A stretch of 64,000 bases of DNA from Octopus sinensis (lineage: Eukaryota): assembly GCF_006345805.1 (NCBI RefSeq), contig NC_042999.1:52328001-52392000 (forward strand), read 5' to 3'. The notes below the pieces were generated by a model. It had not been told where the DNA came from. It worked only from the letters and a program-made list of their open reading frames with translations, and did no database searches. Numbering within the stretch: the first letter of the stretch is position 1; every line of letters starts with the position of its first letter. Below are positions 28,054 to 40,683 of the stretch, one piece after another. Position numbers and translations under genes: made by a program.

Positions 28054-28518
28054 GTTCATAGTAAGGTAAACGGAAAAGCTAACCCCAGCTTTCGTGCCGG
28101 TACAGACACGTGTGTAGCTTTACCGATTACACTAGTGATAAAATTTCAAATGTCTTGGCTCTGGCGCACTAATAAATTTATGAGGCGAAGGGCTGCAGTA
28201 AATAATTCACTGCGGTTCGTGCCTAGTACTAGAGAACGTATTTATTTCAATATTTAAATAATAATGAGGGAGATAATTAATATTAATTTTAATATCAATT
28301 TAAAACCAGTAGTCCAGCATACAAAAATCTGAGGAGTCAGAGAAAATTCTAATATATGTGTATATTGGCAGGGCTTACTGCTAGGGAGTCGGCCATATGC
28401 TAGAAATAGACCATCAACGGTCAAACTACAAGGAAATTCTCTAGAGGAAAAATACAGCGAACACCAGAACCAATTTTGGCGGGCATGACAGATGAAAATT
28501 TATATAAAAACCAGAATT

Positions 28519-28593
28519 AAATGCATACCTCGGTTTCAGCCTTAACAAGAAATACTTATGCAATCCAAATGTCCGTGCTTCTTCAGTGCATCC
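28519..28593 (-). ncRNA. Type I hammerhead ribozyme, array copy 2
   Basis: Same core and stems as copy 1; a small deletion affects loop II only. Confidence 0.83.
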
Positions 28594-29058
28594 GTTCATA
28601 GTAATGTAAACGGAAAAGCTAACCCCAGCTTTCGTGCCGGTACAGACACGTGTGTAGCTTTACCGATTACACTAGTGATAAAATTTCAAATGTCTTGGCT
28701 CTGGCGCACTAATAATTTATGAGGCGAAGGGCTGCAGTAAATAATTCACTGCGGTTCGTGCCTAGTACTAGAGAACGTATTTATTTCAATATTTAAATAA
28801 TAATGAGGGAGATAAATTAATATTAATTTTAATATCAATTAAAACCAGTAGTTCCAGCATACAAAAATCTGAGGAATCAGAGAAAATTCTAATATATGTG
28901 TATATTGGCAGGGCTTACTGCTAGGGAGTCGGCCATATGCTAGAAATAGACCATCAACGGTCAAACTACAAGGAAATTCTCTAGAGGAAAAATACAGCGA
29001 ACACCAGAACCAATTTTGGCGGGCATGACAGATGAAAATTTATATAAAAAACAGAATT

Positions 29059-29135
29059 AAATGCATACCTCGGTTTCAGCCTTAACAAGAGAATTACTTA
29101 TGCAATCCAAATGTCCGTGCTTCTTCAGTGCATCC
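29059..29135 (-). ncRNA. Type I hammerhead ribozyme, array copy 3
   Basis: Same core and stems as copy 1. Confidence 0.83.
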
Positions 29136-29596
29136 GTTCATAGTAAGGTAAACGGAAAAGCTAACCCCAGCTTCGTGCCGGTACAGACACGTGTGTAGCT
29201 TTACCGATTACACTAGTGATAAAATTTCAAATGTCTTGGCTCTGGCGCGCTAATAAATTTATGAGGCGAAGGGCTGCAGTAATAATTCACTGCGGTTCGT
29301 GCCTAGTACTAGAGAACGTATTTATTTCAATATTAAATAATAATGAGGGAGATAATTAATATTAATTTTAATATCAATTTAAAACCAGTAGTCCAGCATA
29401 CAAAAATCTGAGGAGTCAGAGAAAATTCTAATATTGTGTATATTGGCAAGGGCTTACTGCTAGGGAGTCGGCCATATGCTAGAAATAGACCATCAACGCT
29501 CAAACTACAAGAAATTCTCTAGAGGAAAAATACAGCGAACACCAGAACCAATTTTGGCGGGCATGACAGATGAAAATTTATATAAAAAACAGAATT

Positions 29597-29672
29597 AAAT
29601 GCATACCTCGGTTTCAGCCTTAACAAGAGAATACTTATGCAATCCAAATGTCCGTGCTTCTTCAGTGCATCC
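29597..29672 (-). ncRNA. Type I hammerhead ribozyme, array copy 4
   Basis: Same core and stems as copy 1. Confidence 0.83.
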
Positions 29673-30138
29673 GTTCATAGTAATGTAAACGGAAAAGCTA
29701 ACCCCAGCTTTCGTGCCAGTACAGACACGTGTGTAGCTTTTCCGATTACACTAGCGATAAAATTTCAAATGTCTTGGCTCTGGCGCGCTAATAAATTTAT
29801 GAGGCGAAGGGCTGCAGTAAATAATTCACTGCGGTTCGTGCCTAGTACTAGAGAACGTATTTATTTCAATATTTAAATAATAATGAGGGAGATAAATTAA
29901 TATTAATTTTAATATCAATTTAAAACCAGTAGTCCAGCATACAAAAATCTGAGGAGTCAGAGAAAATTCTAATATATGTGTATATTGGCAGGGCTTACTG
30001 CTAGGGAGTCGGCCATATGCTAGAAATAGACCATCAACGGTCAAACTACAAGGAAATTCTCTAGAGGAAAAATACAGCGAACACCAGAACCAATTTTGGC
30101 GGGCATGACAGATGAAAATTTATATAAAAAACAGAATT

Positions 30139-30214
30139 AATGCATACCTCGGTTTCAGCCTTAACAAGAGAATTACTTATGCAATCCAAATGTCCGTGCT
30201 TCTTCAGTGCATCC
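30139..30214 (-). ncRNA. Type I hammerhead ribozyme, array copy 5
   Basis: Same core and stems as copy 1. Confidence 0.83.
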
Positions 30215-30930
30215 GTTCATAGTAATGTAAACGGAAAAGCTAACCCCAGCTTTCGTGCCGGTACAGACACGTGTGTAGCTTTACCGATTACACTAGTGAT
30301 AAAATTTCAAATGTCTTGGCTCTGGCGCGCTAATAAATTTATGAGGCGAAGGGCTGCAGTAAATAATTCACTGCGGTTCGTGCCTAGTACTAGAGAACGT
30401 ATTTATTTCAATATTTAAATAATAATGAGGGAGATAAATTAATATTGAAACCGAGGTATGCATTTAATTCTGTTTTTTATATAAATTTTCATCTGTCGTG
30501 CCCGCCAAAATTGGTTCTGTTGTTCGCTGTATTTTTCCTCTAGAGAATTTCCTTGTAGTTTGACCGTTGATGGTCTATTTCTAGCATATGGCCGACTCCC
30601 TAGCAGTAAGCCCTGCCAATATACACATATATTAGAATTTTCTCTGACTCCTCAGATTTTTGTATGCTGGACTACTGGTTTAAATTGATATTAAAATTAA
30701 TATTAATTTATCTCCCTCATTATTATTTACATATTGAAATAAATACGTTCTCTAGTACTAGGCACGAACCGCAGTGAATTATTTACTGCAGCCCTTCGCC
30801 TCATAAATTTATTAGCGCGCCAGAGCCAAGACATTTGAAATTTTATCACTAGTGTAATCGGTAAAGCTACACACGTGTCTGTACCGGCACGAAAGCTGGG
30901 GTTAGCTTTTCCGTTTACATTACTATGAAC

Positions 30931-31007
30931 GGATGCACTGAAGAAGCACGGACATTTGGATTGCATAAGTAATTCTCTTGTTAAGGATGAAACCGAGGTA
31001 TGCATTT
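30931..31007 (+). ncRNA. Hammerhead copy in the inverted block, with a stem II mismatch
   Basis: GGATGCA CTGAAGA AGC...GAT GAAAC CGAG GTA TGCATTT. GCT is changed to GAT at 30987, which disrupts stem II. Confidence 0.72.
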
Positions 31008-31158
31008 AATTCTGTTTTTTATATAATTTTCATCTGTCATGCCCGCCAAAATTGGTTCTGGTGTTCGCTGTTTTTTCCTCTAGAGAATTTCCTTGTAGTT
31101 TGACCGTTGATGGTCTATTTCTAGCATATGGCCGACTCCCTAGCAGTAAGCCCTGCCA

Positions 31159-31215
<57 letters not shown>

Positions 31216-31499
31216 AAGTATATAATTCTATAAATATACTTATAAAAGTATAAGGGCAACTGCGAAGTAATGATGCGAGAAAAAGACGCCAAAAGTCTCT
31301 AAAGTATTTTATCAGATAGATACGCGCTTAAAACGAGTGAATGAAAACAAAAAAATTTTTGAAAAAGTTTAGCCGTAGACCAATTTCTGGTTTAGTGACG
31401 TAATACCATTTTACCATCATCAGAATGACATAACCAAAAGTACATAACTGTAAACATGTATACATCCCATACGAACACAACTCCAGTCTGATCTATATG

Positions 31500-32456
31500 C
31501 TGTGAGTCAATGGGCAGACAGAAACAAAATGCAACTGAATGAGGGAAAATTTGAGCTGATGCATTTTGGAAGAAATTCCTCACTAAAACAACCATACTCT
31601 CTTCCTACAGGGGAACCGCTCACAGCCTCTAAAAATATCAGAGACCTGGGTGTAATTGTTGATGACGATCTCAGTTGGAGTGCACACATCAACAAGAAGG
31701 TCGATATAGCTCGTAGGATGAGTTCCTGGATCTTAAGAACTTTCCGGTCCAGAGAACTAGGTGTCATCATACCACTTTTTTCCTCCTTTGTACGGCCACA
31801 CCTTGAATACTGCTGCCCACTGTGGTCTCCCCATACAAGACAAAACATCTCCAGAATTGAGTCACCCCAGAGGGCACTAAACGAATTGAAGGTATGGTTG
31901 CTCTCGATTATTGGGATCGCCTTAAAGCCTTGAAACTTTACTCCTTCCAGCGTCGCCGTGAGCGGTACATCATTTGTACGATGTGGAGAATATACCGCCA
32001 ACTTTGCCCAAATGACCTTAACATTAGCTTCAAGGTTCATCCAAGACTGGGACCAAGGGCCATACGTCCCCTGCCCAATTCAAGATCACAACATACATGT
32101 ACACTGCAACATAATTTCTTTTCCCCAACAGGCCCTGCCCTATTTAACATCGTCCCGAGGGAGATCAAAGAGGAAAAGGATCCCATCAACTTTAAACTGA
32201 GTCTGGATAGATTCCTTCAAAGAATACCAGATAAGCCACCCATAATTGGATACAACTCACCCAACAAGAACTCACTACTTGAACAAAACTTGATACAACT
32301 CACCCAACAAGAACTCACTACTTGAACAAAACTTGACTTGAACAAAACTCGACTTAAACAGGATTCGAATAATCCTATCAGGTGGTGCTATTAAGTTAGA
32401 CATGGCCTGGACCAATCTTTGGTTGAAACATATCTAAGTTTATCTAAGTTTATCTA
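31500..32456 (+). mobile_element. 5'-truncated CR1-like LINE (end of RT plus 3' tail)
   Basis: ORFs 31502-31933 (RDLGVIVD, RPHLEYCCPLWSP) and 31894-32325 (LKLYSFQRRRER, FKLSLDRFLQRIPDKP). Has a ~43-bp internal duplication at 32250-32335 and a (TATCTAAGTT)n tail. Confidence 0.9.
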
Positions 32457-32568
32457 CGGTGCATATACAAATGTCCACATTTACATACAAGTTAAAAATC
32501 TAGTTCGTATGTATAAATGTTTATGATTATGTACTTTTGGTTATGTCATACCGATGATAGTGAAGTGG

Positions 32569-33201
32569 TATTACGTCACTCAATCTGAAATTAATCGATG
32601 TGTAGGTAAGCTTTTCCCCAAAAATTTTTTATTCATTACCTCGCTTTCAGCGCGTGTCTATCTGATAAAATAGTTTAGAGCCTTTCGGCGTCTTCTCGCA
32701 TGCGGCATTACTTGACAGTTACCCTTATTATAATTTTATAATGATATTTATAGAATTATATACTTTGTATTAATTTTTACCTTAACGGTTTTTTTACATG
32801 CTAGCTACTCGATAAAATCCTATAGAAATGTTATCCTTGAGTTTATTTATATATCATCATCATCATCATCATCCTCATTATTATTTAATGTCCGTTTTAC
32901 GATGATGATGATGATGATGATATATAAATAAAATCAAGAATAAAATCTCTATAGGATTTTCTCAAGTAGCTAGCATGTAAAAAAAACCGTTACGGTAAAA
33001 ATTAATACAAAGTATATAATTTAATAAATATACTTATAATATTATAAGGGTAACTGCCATGTAATGCCACATGCTAGAAGAGAGAAAAAGGCTCTAAACT
33101 ATTTTATCAGATAGACACGCGCTTAAAACGAGGGAATGAACAAAAATTTTTTTTGAAAAAGTTTAGATACACATCGGTCGATTTCAGATTTAGTGACGTA
33201 A
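32569..33201. repeat. Fold-back inverted repeat (~300-bp arms)
   Basis: 32569-32873 is a diverged reverse complement of 32901-33201, with (CAT)n/(GAT)n at the centre. A third copy lies at 31213-31480. Confidence 0.88.
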
Positions 33202-33232
33202 TACATACATACATACATACATATATACATAC

Positions 33233-33312
<80 letters not shown>

Positions 33313-33495
33313 TTAGTTGGAATTTACATAATATAAAACAAGAGACGAAGACGGGTGTGTAAACTACAACCATATGTATTAGTTTAATGCTCAGGAAGTG
33401 AAAAAGTCTTTTACCTTTCGAGCCTACACCCTTCAGCAGAAGGGAACACAGAAAAAACAGAGATAGAAAATAAAAAGGTTTAGTGGCTAGCGATT

Positions 33496-33567
<72 letters not shown>

Positions 33568-33818
33568 AATGAGTGTGTGTATAGTGGTTTCGTTCCTTTT
33601 TTAACAAAACAAGTATTCGGTTTAGTGACAGACAGATTTGGTTTAATAATCACACGTTTTCAATGTAAGCGGCAATAAGTTTCATGCTTCTGATAGTATA
33701 ATAGTTAGACGAACTTGCATTGCATACCGTGTATTATTACGCAGTCGTTCATTCTTAAAATACACATAGATATACTTATATATACAAAAGAATAGTCTTC
33801 GAAATATTGAATATGTTT

Positions 33819-34064
33819 TCAGATTATGATACATTTGAAGCACTTCGAAGAGATTTCTGAGCGAGGGTGTGGTTTCGAAAATAACACTTGATCAGCAAGT
33901 TTTTTTATGAGTTTATAGGAATATTGTATGTCTTCAGAGGTCGCCTGATAGGCATGAACAACAAATCGAAGGAACACATTATCGTCAATTTTGGAACATC
34001 CTATGTGAATTTCTCTGGTCAGGGTAAGCGATTGGATTAACTCCTCATTGATTTCATTGTTCCC
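33819..34064 (-). CDS. AADC-family last coding exon
   Basis: ttacAG acceptor. Reads GNNEINEELIQSLTLTREIHIGCSKIDDNVFLRFVVHAY...KKLADQVLFSKPHPRSEISSKCFKCIII, then TGA. Aligns with DDC GSNKVNEALL...FVLRFAIC. Confidence 0.92.
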   Translation of the reverse strand, partial: GNNEINEELIQSLTLTREIHIGCSKIDDNVFLRFVVHAYQATSEDIQYSYKLIKKLADQVLFSKPHPRSEISSKCFKCIII

Positions 34065-34889
34065 CTGTAATAAATACAATAATAAGTAGATGTAGCTCAA
34101 TAAACAGATAATAAACGCTACTTAGTAATAATAATTTATAAGAATAATAAAAGACCGGTTACCCGGTTTCCATAGCATTTTACCAAATTACAGTGAATGA
34201 AACGAAGTGTCAAAGAGACCATTCAGTATCCGATCTGGGAATTGGCGCCGCGATGTTGTGATGGTGATCGCAACACTCTGTCGCTAGGCCACAGGCTTCA
34301 CTGTCCAATTGAGAGGTACCTGATTAAATATATGTCCTTATTAAATGCTTCGAAGCCACAACCATCAAAGGTAATGTTCTGAATTCTGTGTTCTGAATAC
34401 AAACTTTTTTGTTAGAGCTTGTACTCAGACAACTAAAAGGAAAGAAATAAATATGTTTATCTTCATCGAGTTGTTTACAGAATCCTTTTAGCTCGGTCTT
34501 TTTGCTCGGTCTCTTTGCTTTGTGGAAAGAATCATTGATGTTTTTTATACCGACGGATTCTTTGCAACTAATCGGGAATGAATTGTTACAAAACTTTTTT
34601 GATTTCCGTTACATCAATTATTTCATTCTGTATTTGCAATTCTCGCCTTCACCATTTTACTTCAGAGAAGTTGTTTCGTTATTCAATGACTGAAGAATAA
34701 AGAGATCCCTTCCATCTTTTACTGAATAGTTTTTCTTTTTGCTTTCTTGGATTTTTCATACTCTGTGAGTGGATTTCGTCAAGTGTACAGTTTCCTTTGT
34801 CGCCAGTAAATTATTTTATTTAAACTGGGAATGTTGATATTTTAATCCTTTAATTAATTCTGCGGAAGCCGGATTTTATTATTATTAGT

Positions 34890-36115
34890 AGTAGTCTTAT
34901 TTTTATCACGTTCTTTCACTGCACTACCGAGCGCAGCTCTGAGTGCCTTGGATATGTGCTTTGGTTTGTTGTGATGTCCCCATTTTTACTGTACTGAAAT
35001 TGTTTTACGTAGGATTTGTGCGGTGCCTAGAGTTGCTATTTGCCGTATGTTATATATACTTGTAAGTCCAGTGGTTTTTGTAATGTCTTTGTCTGAATAT
35101 TTTTATCATACCTAAAGCACCTACTATGAAGGAAATTGTTTCTGCTTTTAGACTCCACATTCGAGTTACCTCTGTTTCCAGGTTTTTGTATTTTGAAAGT
35201 TAATCTGTTTCTTCTAGAGAAACACTGCCATCTGTTCATATTGATACATCTATTAGAAAGCATTTTTTCTTGATGATCTCTGACAATTATATCCGGCCTC
35301 TTGGCCTCAATTCTCGGTCTGTGTGTATTGGCATATCCCAAAGTATGGTTGCTTTCTCATTTTCTGTGACCTTTTCTGGCGTGTGACTATAGGATCTTTT
35401 TTCTGTTGTTATTCTATAGTGTTAGCATAAGATCCAGTGCATATAGATCCCAACTCTGTTGTGTCTGTGAATATATTCCTTCTTAGCCCGGACTGGTCAG
35501 CCAGAGATAATATAATTTATTGTTTCTTGTCCATCTCCACATATCCCGAAGTTACTTGTTATGTTTCTTTTCATTATATGTTTTTGGTAATTTCTGGCGA
35601 GAAGGCTTTGATCTTGTGCTGCAATTAACAATCCTTCACTCTCTCATTTGAGTCCTGAGCTTCTCATCCATTATTGGGATTTTTCAGTTGTTTTACAGCT
35701 TTTGTTGTTTTTTTTATTATTTCGTAGTTGTTAGGTAGTATGAATTCTTGCTGGTATATGCCAGCTTCTCTAAGATTGAAAACAGTTTTTGTGTGTTGTA
35801 CGTGTTTTGTGCCTATTTGTATTAGTTTTCTTTACTTCTGAAGTATGTATTTCTGTAGTCCTATGGTGGTTATTTTGTAATAGTTTTCTTGCTGTATAAG
35901 GCCTCTGCCACCCTCTATACGTTTTATATATAACCTTTCTATGTCAGAGTTTGGATGGCGCACCCTAAATCCTGTAATTTTTCTTGCTTTCAAGTCTATT
36001 TTTATTAGTTAATTTAGTGTCCAGTAAAACAATATTGTAGCTGTAACGTAGAACTGGGACAGGTAGAGAGTTGATAACTATTATCTTGTTTTTTTTTGCA
36101 TTGAGTTCTGTTTTC
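34890..36115 (-). mobile_element. Degraded RLE-type (R4/NeSL-like) non-LTR retrotransposon, 3' part
   Basis: Fragments NKIIVINSLPVPVLRYSY and IEAKRPDIIVRD; many stops and frameshifts. Confidence 0.7.
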
Positions 36116-37046
36116 AAGTAATAGCAGACATCAAACTGACAGACAAGAACATCATACCAGCCAGGACTATCTAGCGTCAAGAGTACACGTCTTGTAGATC
36201 CATGTTATGTCCAATTGCCTCCTTTGAACATAAAGCGTGGACTGATGAGATAGTTTGTAAAGACACTAGGGAATAGAAATCCCAGAGGGTTTGAGTAATC
36301 ACATAGGTGAAGTTGAAAGGGGGGTATCTTTGTTGGAGCCCAAATCAGAGAAGTACTCAAAAATGTCAACTTCAAGACAACATTGGATGAACTGGAACTA
36401 CCTGCCTGGAATGCTTTGAATTGGAACTGTGAGAATTTCTTGGGCAACAAGAAGGCAATGGACTACAAGGTTGGCACCAAGAATCTTCTGGAATGTTACT
36501 CAGCAATGGTTTGTCGCATGTCACTGAAAGTTCACTTCCTGCACACCCATCTGGATTTCTTCGAACATGACCTTGGAGCAGTGACTGATGAACATGGTGA
36601 AAGGTTTCACCAGGACATTAGTGCTATGGAGAAACGGCACCAAGGCTTCGGGAATAAGAGTTTGCTGGCTAACTACTGCTGGTCACTTTACCGTGATCAA
36701 CCAGATCAAGAACACCGCAGGAAATCCAAATGACAATGTTTCTAACTCTGTTGTTCTAGCTTTGTCTGTTTTGCCTAAGCTATTTTTTCTGTATTCACTC
36801 TTTGTAGAATGATAGTGATGATTTCTAACTCAATAAACTAATTTACTTTCTAAAAATAATATGTCCTTATTTATTACGTTAATGATTTCATACATATAAA
36901 TATGTAACTATTTGCATGTATTTACTGAAAAACTGATAAATGGAGTTAAATTATAAAAATCATCATGAAATTAGTCTAAATTTTAGTCTAAAAACGTTAG
37001 CTTGCATTCATAATGTGTATGATACATTTAATTTTGGTACCCAGTG
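36115..37046 (+). mobile_element. Chapaev3-like DNA transposon, 3' remnant
   Basis: GAQIR...NFLGNKKA...MSLKVHFLHTHLDFF...VTDEHGERFHQDISAMEKR...NYCWSL (36383-36733). The terminus reads CACTGGGTACCAAAA on the minus strand at 37046. Family assignment is from motif recall. Confidence 0.72.
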
Positions 37047-37263
37047 TAATCGTGCCTGCTATTTACCATAAACGTAGTAGGGGGACAGTGGTCAGATATT
37101 TTAGCCAGTAGTGCAGTTTGGCTGGCAAGCAGTATAGTATATGTACGTATGTATGTTTATTTCTTCTATTTTTTAATTAATGTAAATCTTCCACTGTAGA
37201 AGAAGCCGATTTCCAACAAAGATACAAGGCTCCATCTTTAGGATGTAGCTAACACAGACAAAT

Positions 37264-38455
37264 TCACATTTGGAACTTGAGAAAAGTCCTGCATATTGTT
37301 ATTGTTCCACTTACAGATTGCACTCGTGATGTACGAATTAGCTGCTCATTTTCTCTTTCTGGAAATTCCAGTTTATCCAGATTCTCCTTTAAGCATTTAC
37401 TAACAAAACCTAGTGCCCCAATTATTATTGATATGAATATGAACTCATATTCTGGAGGTTTCGAAGTAGTCATCCATAGATATCCTCTTTTTCTTAGATT
37501 TTCAAAGAGATATTTATGTCTGCAGGGTAGCTGACCTCTATGACGGTACATGCCTTTTCCCCTCTGTCCCAAACAACAATATCCGGCCTGTTATGCTCAC
37601 AGTTGACAGACGTTTTAATGGGAATATTACACCAGTATTCCTTGAGTTGGTGTTTATGAAAATATTCCATAACAGAGGGATTTTCTAAGTTTATTTCAGG
37701 GCAGTCTATTCTTAGGATGGCATTGTGAATTGTTTTAGCAACAACATCGCGTCACATAGGGAGGTAGTACAGTGACAATACTTTAGGATAGCTGCTAATC
37801 GCATGCTTAATGTCTTCCACAAAAATAGGATATAGCTTACACGCACGGTTGCACCTTGGGATTACAAGAGCGTCACTGTCTCTTTTGTTCATCATTTACT
37901 TTGTGAAAATCTTCTGTTCCTAGGTTGCAAATGCGAGTGTGATGTGATGGAGTGGCCTTGTGTCAAAGAGAGGCTGTGCTTCGTGTCAATTCTACTGTCT
38001 TCGTGAAGTGTTTCATCCGGGTCTTCTCCGAGGTAAGAGAGCCCAGCTCTTGAAGAATTCTTGAAGAATTCTCTGCCAACTCGAACAATGTTGCTCCCTT
38101 CACTTTTCAGTACTGCATTAATATATTTTTGCTGCTGTTGTTCAGCAAGTGCTGCCTGAGTGATACCATACGGCATTCGAAGACCGTCTACACTGATCTC
38201 AGGCCTCTACCACCTTCATTTCTTCTTAAGTAAGCCTGTCAATGTCACTGTTTCTGTGGAAGTTCCCACCTGTTGTCAGGATTTTCTTGATTTGATATCT
38301 ATGGGGTGGATTTCCTCTACAGACCAATAAAGTGTCCCAAATGTTGGGTTCAGCACTGGTACTGCAAATAAATTGTGGGATATTGTTTCGTTGTAAGAGG
38401 AGAGTTCCGACTGTAATATTTTCTTAAGTTTTTAGTAATATTCTCGAGTCACTCA
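37264..38455 (-). mobile_element. Degraded RLE-type non-LTR retrotransposon
   Basis: Fragments KEYWCNIPIKTSVNCEHNRPDIVV and IIIGALGFV...GTITICRTFL. Confidence 0.7.
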
Positions 38456-38526
38456 ATTTGTATGTATGTATGTATGTATGTATGTATGTATGTATGTATG
38501 TATGTATGTATGTATGTATGTATGTA

Positions 38527-38561
<35 letters not shown>

Positions 38562-39295
38562 ATGTATGTGTGCATGTATGTATAAAATCAGGAGGTATGA
38601 GAAGTGGATATATATTTATTTAACCATTTGACATCTACAGGGTTACGTCTGTTTCGCAGCCTTCATTATGTAATAATATCATCAGTGTTTAGTAAATTAT
38701 GCTTATACGTCTTAGATATGGACACTACGCATTAAGCAAAACCATTATATATTTACAAATCAGAGCAAATAAAGCAAGCTAGATCGTCATATCTACTCAA
38801 CAGTATGGTTACAGCAATGCATCAACTCAAAATATACATACAAAATTTTCTCTTTGAATATACGGTATATGGAATACATGGAGTCAGCTCGATGAGCTTT
38901 CTTTGATTGCCAAACAATTCTATGAATCCATTTATTTATTATTATGTAATTTTATGTGTGTGAGTGCGCGCGTGTGTATATACATTACAGACATATGTTC
39001 ATGTATACAAACGCACATACACGTATTATATGTATTTGCATCTCTACATATCGAGCAACATTATTTTTACAATAAATTTGGCTGTGTATTCTCAGTAATG
39101 AGTCCCGTAGGCAAATGATCCGTTGTTATTCTCTTTGGCGGTTAAAATTGACAGGAACAAGATTGTATTCATTTTGTCATCCATTGAAGAATTTCCGAGC
39201 GAATATTTATAACATTTTTTCTGCTTATATTTAACGAAGCTGATATTACAAAAGAGCGAGACAATAACTGCACGAATGAATAAACAGTTATTTAC

Positions 39296-39397
39296 CTTCA
39301 GGCGAAAACACACAAGTGACATTAGATTCTCACCAATTAGTTCAAATCTTCCATCCTTCTCTATCAAATCCCTAAATATCTGGGCCAATTTTATATC
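39296..39397 (-). CDS. AADC-family exon (LVCFRLK)
   Basis: 102 bp, tctcAG/GTaaat. Reads DIKLAQIFRDLIEKDGRFELIGENLMSLVCFRLK. Confidence 0.94.
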
Positions 39398-39948
39398 CTG
39401 AGAAGAAACAAATATGAAAAAACAAAAAATGAAATGATTTAATGAGATGAAGGCTGGAGGGTATATCAGTCGAAAGGTTGTGTTAACAAGATGAGGACAA
39501 ATATCCGTCAAATGTAAATAACGTACATAATTCCTTATCTCTTAAATATAGAACTGGAAAACAATAGTATTTATACAAAACGTCTCAACGCAATAGACGC
39601 CATCTGAGAATTGTGGAGACCTTTCCTATCAACAAGTCATCCTTGTCAACAAACTGTGATCTGCTATACATAACAGAAAAGACAGACATGTTGCAGACTG
39701 GTAACTGTAGCAACAAAAGTCTGCACATATCACCATCCTTCGCAACATATCAAAGCAACGATCATTTTCCATCCCTCGCTTGTCCACATATCCTGAAGAA
39801 AGGTTCATAACATGCAAATGTAGATTTATAAAGTAAACATCCAACTTTGATTTGTTTTCTTTTTGTAATTTACTTGGTATCCCATCTTGCACTGCGCTGG
39901 CTTTATCCAACAATTTTCGATATGTATGTATGCACGTATCTATATCTA

Positions 39949-40064
<116 letters not shown>

Positions 40065-40104
40065 CATCCATCCATCCATCCATCCATCCATCATCCATCC
40101 ATCC

Positions 40105-40135
<31 letters not shown>

Positions 40136-40159
40136 CATCCATCCATCTATCTATCTATC

Positions 40160-40190
<31 letters not shown>

Positions 40191-40195
40191 CTGTA

Positions 40196-40334
<139 letters not shown>

Positions 40335-40604
40335 TATTTAAATCTCTGGGCCAGAGATATACAGTAACAGTACTGGATAGTAATGTTTATACGCCAACAG
40401 AATGTGGAAGTCCTGTAAAGGACGACGTTACTGTTGTTTTAGCCCTAGGAAAGTATCTTTTCCATTAATATCCGGTACTGTTACTGTATGTCACCCGCCC
40501 AGAGATTTGGAACAAGTTGTTTTTTCTCTATACGAGATCAGTGATTGTGTGTCGCCAAAAATAAATAGAATATTTTTAAGTGGAGAGGTCTGTGAATATA
40601 GGCT

Positions 40605-40683
<79 letters not shown>

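Larger units (their letters stand above)
27712..31165. repeat. Tandem array of ~540-bp hammerhead-containing units: 5 direct copies, a short 6th start, then an inverted ~720-bp block
   Basis: Anchor GAGGGAGATA recurs at 27723, 28266, 28805, 29345, 29885 and 30427 (period 539-543). From 30446 to ~31165 the sequence is the reverse complement of the unit. Confidence 0.97.

Noticed and set aside
27979-28257. Repeated 92-aa ORF MHTSVSALTRELL… in the 540-bp units
   Set aside because: It is antisense to the ribozyme, broken by indels in some copies and has no recognisable domain.
27712-31165. Array as CRISPR, rDNA/5S or snRNA cluster
   Set aside because: There are no unique spacers, the context is eukaryotic, and I recognise no rRNA or snRNA sequence.
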